The notes under the pieces: generated by a model
The model's input: the letters and a program-made list of their open reading frames with translations, nothing else
Database searches by the model: none
Told to the model about the DNA's origin: nothing
Virus record (IMG/VR): IMGVR_UViG_3300010400_000005
Span: 7,352 to 71,351 of that record
Reading direction: 5' to 3' (one strand)
DNA length: 64,000 bases
Origin: a virus
Shown: positions 59,093 through 64,000 of the stretch, piece by piece
Layout: each line of letters starts with the position of its first letter
How positions within the stretch are numbered: position 1 is the stretch's first letter
Translations under genes and position numbers: made by a program

Positions 59093-60250
59093 ATGCCATC
59101 ATCAACATATAGACCATTAACAGGACGCGAAATTCGAGAAGCTGCTAAACTTAGAGTTAATAGAGAAATAGATAGCTTACCTTATTTACGCGAAGGTAAC
59201 TCTTTTCATAATGTAAACGTGCAATTGGCAATAGTAATAACAGCATATCCTTCTGATGTACCTGTGCCAAATTTAGATTTAAATTTTGACATTCCATCTA
59301 AAGGATATGAGGATTTAGAAAGTGCTATTAAACAAATAGATAAAGCTGAGGAATTAGTTAGTAAGTATGAAGAAGCAGAAAGACTTGTTCAAAACTTGCA
59401 AGGATTAATGCATGAAATTGTAGAGAAACGAAATATTTTAGTACATGAACATGAGAGTGAACAAGAATTTAATGGAAATATTCCCGATAAAACTCGTGTA
59501 GAACATGATCTTCCTGTTACTGTTGAGAAAATAGAAAAAGGGAAGAAAAGCGAAGTTAAAGTAGAAGCTGTTGAATTTAGGAAGATGGCGAAATTATAAT
59601 GATTGATAATATAGCAACCTTATTTTTGTGTTTGGCTGCAACATTTATTGGATTTGGGGCTGGAGTGGAATTTGCTAAGTGGTATTATGGAGTTCCTAAA
59701 TGATTCTCTCAGATATTCTATTTGAATTAAAAAGAATAGCAAATGCTCTCGAAGCTATTGCTGATACAAGATTAGAAAAAATCCCTAAAGAATCTGCGCC
59801 TCCTATTGAATTCTTTGATTCTAGAATTCCTGATAGAGACAACGAAGAAGAATTACAAGAAAGTAGATTTGATAGTAGAGTAAAACAAGAATTAGAAGCA
59901 GCAAATAAAAAAGGATTTTTCTTTGAAGAAGATGCAATTTCTGAGGAATTATTGGAGAGATTATGAGTGAGATTTTACTTAGCTCGTTAGATCAAGCATT
60001 TAGTTCATTGTGTATTGAATCATTATCTCCAAGGCGTATAGAAGTATCAGCTAATAGACTTGCTGAGTTAAGGAATAAATTAAGTAGCTCTATACAATTT
60101 CGAGGGGTAACAGTTGGAACACTTCCATGCTTAGAAGATGATAATCTTATTTATATAGAAGATCCAGCACTACGACAAAAATATGGTGAAAATAACAATA
60201 CATATAGAGAGTTTAGAGTTTACAATGGTCTATTGCAGATAACATATTAA
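59093..60250 (+). CDS. Hypothetical ORFs 59093-59599, 59599-59703 (34-aa TM), 59700-59966, 59963-60250
   Basis: Coupled ORF chain. Confidence 0.55.
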
Positions 60251-60255
60251 TAATT

Positions 60256-61062
60256 ATGACATTTCAAGTACAAACAAGACCAATAGAACCTAAGAAGGAA
60301 AAGGAAGAAACTAAACTTATTCCTCTTCGTTATGGGCGAGATTTAGAAGATTATGAACAAGAAGCAGAAGCTAATGCAATAGAACTTTCTATTAAATATT
60401 TCAAGAGAATTCCGCCAATTCCAGGAACATTAGGTTATAATTTTAGAGATATAGAAGGCGGTAATCAATCTGTTTATAATTTTGTAAGTAATGTTCTTCC
60501 GGTTAGTAAGTTTACTTCTACTGGTGGTAAAGTAGGTAATATAAGAGAGAATAAAGCTAAACGTATTCTAGCAATTTGGAAAGCGATGGATACACATTCT
60601 CAAAATCGTGTAGATGTATTTGACTGGTTATGTGAGAGAATTCAATTAGAAAAAGACGAATTTTATGGGTTTGCATCTAAAGGAATGTTTAATCACTTTG
60701 AGGCAATTTCTCAAAGAATTTTGATGGAAACCAAACCTGAACTTGTAAATAATAATAGACAATTTGCGCGAAGTGAGAAGAATTTTAGAGATAGAGAACT
60801 TGCTGCTAAAATGACAGGTTTAACTAAAGATGCGCCGATAATTGGGAATATAGATGCTTCTACTAAAGTAAATAATAATTTAAGCTTTTCTCCTAATTTC
60901 AATTCTGTATTAAGAGAAGCTGACAATGCTGTTGGTGAAATTATAGAAGGCGAAATAGTAGAAGAACCTAAACAGTTAAGTGAAGGAAGTAATGATTTTT
61001 TAAACACTGAAATCAAAGAAGAAAGTGAAGAAGAACTTTTAGCAGTTTTAAGGAGAAAATAA
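60256..61062 (+). CDS. Possible terminase small subunit
   Basis: Helical protein with acidic IIEGEIVEE tail upstream of TerL (positional inference). Confidence 0.4.
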   Translation: MTFQVQTRPIEPKKEKEETKLIPLRYGRDLEDYEQEAEANAIELSIKYFKRIPPIPGTLGYNFRDIEGGNQSVYNFVSNVLPVSKFTSTGGKVGNIRENKAKRILAIWKAMDTHSQNRVDVFDWLCERIQLEKDEFYGFASKGMFNHFEAISQRILMETKPELVNNNRQFARSEKNFRDRELAAKMTGLTKDAPIIGNIDASTKVNNNLSFSPNFNSVLREADNAVGEIIEGEIVEEPKQLSEGSNDFLNTEIKEESEEELLAVLRRK

Positions 61063-61064
61063 AA

Positions 61065-61271
61065 ATGACTATGTTACTATTAGCAGGATTAAATCTTGCT
61101 TCTCTACCATACATTCTATTAGCAGTTTTAGCTATAGTAATATTCTTAGCTATTCTGTACTGGATTTTAACATTACTTACACCAACAGCACCTTACGCTT
61201 CTAAGATAGTGTTAATTGTTGGTGGAATTATTCTGTTGATATTTGTATTGAGCTTGCTTGGTGCTGTATGA
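61065..61271 (+). CDS. Small two-TM membrane protein
   Basis: Almost entirely hydrophobic, 68 aa. Confidence 0.65.
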   Translation: MTMLLLAGLNLASLPYILLAVLAIVIFLAILYWILTLLTPTAPYASKIVLIVGGIILLIFVLSLLGAV

Positions 61272-61549
61272 ATAGAAGAAGATTCCTAGAACTTTTAGGC
61301 ACAGCAGCATTAGGAAGTGGAATAGTTTATTCATTCCCTTCTATAATTGTGCCTAAGAATATTTCTTCTAAGACTGTCTCATTTACCACTTGCAACAATG
61401 GATTCGATAAATTATTCAAGATGATAGACGATGATTTAAAAGATGCAGTAAATACAATGGTAAATGCTTTGAATAAACGACTCTATGAAAATCCAATAAA
61501 TGTGAAACTATTTAATAAATTTGGCTTTCCTGATTATATAAATGTATAA
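61268..61549 (+). CDS. Protein with twin-arginine-like signal
   Basis: MNRRRFLELLGTAALG. Confidence 0.55.
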   Translation: MNRRRFLELLGTAALGSGIVYSFPSIIVPKNISSKTVSFTTCNNGFDKLFKMIDDDLKDAVNTMVNALNKRLYENPINVKLFNKFGFPDYINV

Positions 61550-63815
61550 TCCAAGTATAATAAGTGCAAGACTAGATCGAATTCAGCAGAATTTAAAATT
61601 CCAGCTAAAGGAGTATTCTGTTGATTATGTTCACAAGCAAGTAGATTATATTAACAATCTAATTAATTTCGATAAATACGAACAAACTTTACTTAATAAA
61701 GGAAGAACAGAAATTGAATTTAAAACAATTTCAGCCAAGAATGAATTCTATGGAGAAGAGATTCAAACTTTTATTGCTAATGAAGCTATAGTAAGTAAAT
61801 GGAACTGTTGGCATTGGATGAAATGTTATTATAAGATCTCTGACATTACTAACACTTTCATCCAATATAAACCAAACGATGCACAAAAAGTTTGGATGCG
61901 TGTTCATTCTAGATTAGAAGGATTAAGACGTGCAATTCGCACATTAGATTTAAAAGCTCGCCAAGTAGGAAAAACAACTTTTGCACAAGGAGTAGTTGAA
62001 CATAGGTTACAATTCTTTCGAGATTTAAAGTCCATGATTGCTAGTAAGGATGAAACTTCTACTGGCAAAATGGCAGATATGTTTACTGACTCTTTGAATA
62101 AACAACCATTTTGGTTAAGACCACAACTTAGAAATTATGAAAGGGGTGCAGAATATAAATATGATAATGGAAGTGGTTTATACTTAGGATGGGGAACTCA
62201 AGACGCATTAGCAAAAGGAACAACTTGCACTGTTGCACATCTTTCCGAAATTGCTTTATATAAATACCCAATTAAAGCTATAGAAAATGCACTTATTCGA
62301 GCCATGCATGAAACTATATGGCTTTTACAAATATTTGAAGGAACTGCTGAAAAGAGGGATGATTGGTTCCATGCAAAAGTTAAGGAAACCGTTAAAGGAA
62401 TGGAAAGAGGCACAAGTTCATTATACTTCTCTTTCATACCGTATTTTGTACGTAGTGATATCTATCCTCCTCCTGCTTATATTGCTGGTAGGAGTGATGC
62501 TTTTGAAAATTTCATACCTACTTTAGAAACAATACAACATGCGAATAAAGCAAGAAATTGGGTTCTAGCAAATCCTGATATGCGTGAAGTTCTTGGTTCT
62601 GATTATAAAATGAGCCGAGAAACAATGTTTTGGTATCAAACAGAAAAACAAGCAGCAATTGATAGAGATGCTAACGGTATTACCTTATTATCAAAAGGAG
62701 ATATGAGTGAGTTAGCTACATTTCTTTCGCAAATTCCTGCTGATTGGGAAGAAGCATTTCAACATGCTGGTAAGACTATTTATCCAATTCTTTTAATAAA
62801 TGAATACGCAGATAAAGCTCAAAGTAAAATACCTGAAGTATTTAAATTGAGAGGAGATCCGAATGAGATCTCTCCTGATTTCTTTCCAACTTCTGAAGAA
62901 TTACATGAAAGCAATACTGTAATACCAATTAAAGCCAATTATATTGGCAGCGCTCCCGCGTCATGGTATGAATTAGTTCGTGTAAAATTTGAAGGTTGGG
63001 ATAAATTTGATCCAATTAATAAAATATTAATTTGGAATCATCCTTCTAATAGATTTGAATATGGTGGATCTGTAGATACTTCTGATGGATTAGGAGCTAA
63101 GATTAGCAATAACGCAGTTATTAATATAACAAGGAAAGGATCTGCCGAATATCGAGATAGACAAGATTGTGAATTTGTTTCTCCTAATTTACCACAGAAA
63201 ATAATGTGGCCTTTTGTTCTTGCTATCTGTACCTATTTTTCTCCTAAGATGCAACTTTTACTAACTATAGAGTGTAATAAAGGTTACGAATTGCAAAATG
63301 CAATGATAGCTAGAGGGTGGTGGAATTTATTTGAAAGGATAGATGAGAGCAGACCTTATAAAAATAATGATGGTAATAAACAATATGGTATATTAACAAC
63401 TGCGGGAAATCGTGGAGTATCTGGTGGAATTATAGATAATTTTTCTTCTTTCTTAAAAGGTAAGTATATCGAATTACATTCTATGCCTTTAATTGGAGAA
63501 ATCAAAGATTTACAGAAAATTAAAACAATAACAGGAAGCACAAGAATAGAAGGTGGTTTATCAGGCGATGATCGCTTCATGGCACAATGTATTAATTTAT
63601 ATGCTTTACATAGAATGGCAATATTAGGATTTGAAAAGAAATCGTGGGAAGAGAGAAAAGAAGAAGAAACTAAAATTGAACTTCAACAATTTACTGGTTA
63701 TGATTTTGAAAAAACAACTGCATTGATTTCTGGTGAGCAAGATGTTATGGTGAATAAGGAAGCTAGAGAGTTTTATTATTCTAGTCTAGAGCAAAGTTTT
63801 AATTATGAATGGTAA
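61542..63815 (+). CDS. terL: Terminase large subunit
   Basis: LKARQVGKTT (Walker A), HLSE (Walker B), EGT, VDTSDG, IECN, DDRFMA nuclease motifs. Confidence 0.9.
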   Translation: MYNPSIISARLDRIQQNLKFQLKEYSVDYVHKQVDYINNLINFDKYEQTLLNKGRTEIEFKTISAKNEFYGEEIQTFIANEAIVSKWNCWHWMKCYYKISDITNTFIQYKPNDAQKVWMRVHSRLEGLRRAIRTLDLKARQVGKTTFAQGVVEHRLQFFRDLKSMIASKDETSTGKMADMFTDSLNKQPFWLRPQLRNYERGAEYKYDNGSGLYLGWGTQDALAKGTTCTVAHLSEIALYKYPIKAIENALIRAMHETIWLLQIFEGTAEKRDDWFHAKVKETVKGMERGTSSLYFSFIPYFVRSDIYPPPAYIAGRSDAFENFIPTLETIQHANKARNWVLANPDMREVLGSDYKMSRETMFWYQTEKQAAIDRDANGITLLSKGDMSELATFLSQIPADWEEAFQHAGKTIYPILLINEYADKAQSKIPEVFKLRGDPNEISPDFFPTSEELHESNTVIPIKANYIGSAPASWYELVRVKFEGWDKFDPINKILIWNHPSNRFEYGGSVDTSDGLGAKISNNAVINITRKGSAEYRDRQDCEFVSPNLPQKIMWPFVLAICTYFSPKMQLLLTIECNKGYELQNAMIARGWWNLFERIDESRPYKNNDGNKQYGILTTAGNRGVSGGIIDNFSSFLKGKYIELHSMPLIGEIKDLQKIKTITGSTRIEGGLSGDDRFMAQCINLYALHRMAILGFEKKSWEERKEEETKIELQQFTGYDFEKTTALISGEQDVMVNKEAREFYYSSLEQSFNYEW

Positions 63816-63818
63816 GTT

Positions 63819-64000
63819 ATGAAAAGAGTTCCTTATAAATGTAGATTTGGACATATTACTATATTAGTATTTTATAACGGGCAAACTACTTTGGGGATTA
63901 TAGAGTGTGGAAAATGTGAAGGATTAGCAGGAAACTTAGCTAGTTATACGAAAACTGATAATAGTAAATCAGAAACAAGAATTAGAAATGGTGAAAAAGC
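63819..64000 (+). CDS. Partial ORF with zinc-ribbon-like motif
   Basis: YKCRFGH..ECGKC, open to the window end. Confidence 0.45.
   Translation, partial: MKRVPYKCRFGHITILVFYNGQTTLGIIECGKCEGLAGNLASYTKTDNSKSETRIRNGEK

Noticed and set aside
613-63580. Short opposite-strand or nested ORFs in the track (e.g. 613-825, 12230-12445, 29525-29806, 29782-30162, 33212-33511, 43438-43731, 60711-61016, 62198-62437)
   Set aside because: They overlap well-supported genes and lack motifs; most likely shadow ORFs
1-64000. Stop-codon reassignment
   Set aside because: Long genes are intact in the standard code and TAA, TAG and TGA all act as stops; only one isolated in-frame TAA was seen
1-64000. CRISPR array, DGR/retron, tRNA genes, integrase
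   Set aside because: No repeat-spacer periodicity, reverse-transcriptase motif, cloverleaf or recombinase motifs seen; the Cas4-like nuclease is a normal phage recombination enzyme

Overview
An AT-rich segment covering most of a tailed dsDNA phage genome with podovirus-like organisation, read in the standard genetic code. Block 1 (+, 1-30483) is the virion module: head-tail adaptor and nozzle-like proteins, five fibre/spike-like proteins with N-terminal signal peptides, a GNAT-like protein, ejection proteins including a 2659-aa polyvalent protein (M23 peptidase plus ADP-ribosyltransferase-like domain), and a membrane/lysis cassette headed by a stand-alone PAS gene. Block 2 (-, 30480-56726) holds replication and early genes: a UDG-fused family A DNA polymerase with unusual active-site residues, PIF1/RecD-like helicase, AAA_24 ATPase, Cas4-like nuclease, ThyX-like, MazG-like, FtsK, DUF2786-vWA, HNH endonucleases and many small ORFs. 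A mostly non-coding switch region (about 55340-57100) contains an apparently highly structured RNA of about 570 nt and divergent promoters. Block 3 (+, 57108-64000) leads to the terminase genes. Portal and major capsid genes are not in the window. I found no integrase, primase, DnaB helicase, free endolysin, tRNA or CRISPR array. All calls come from motif recognition by eye and none were checked against databases.
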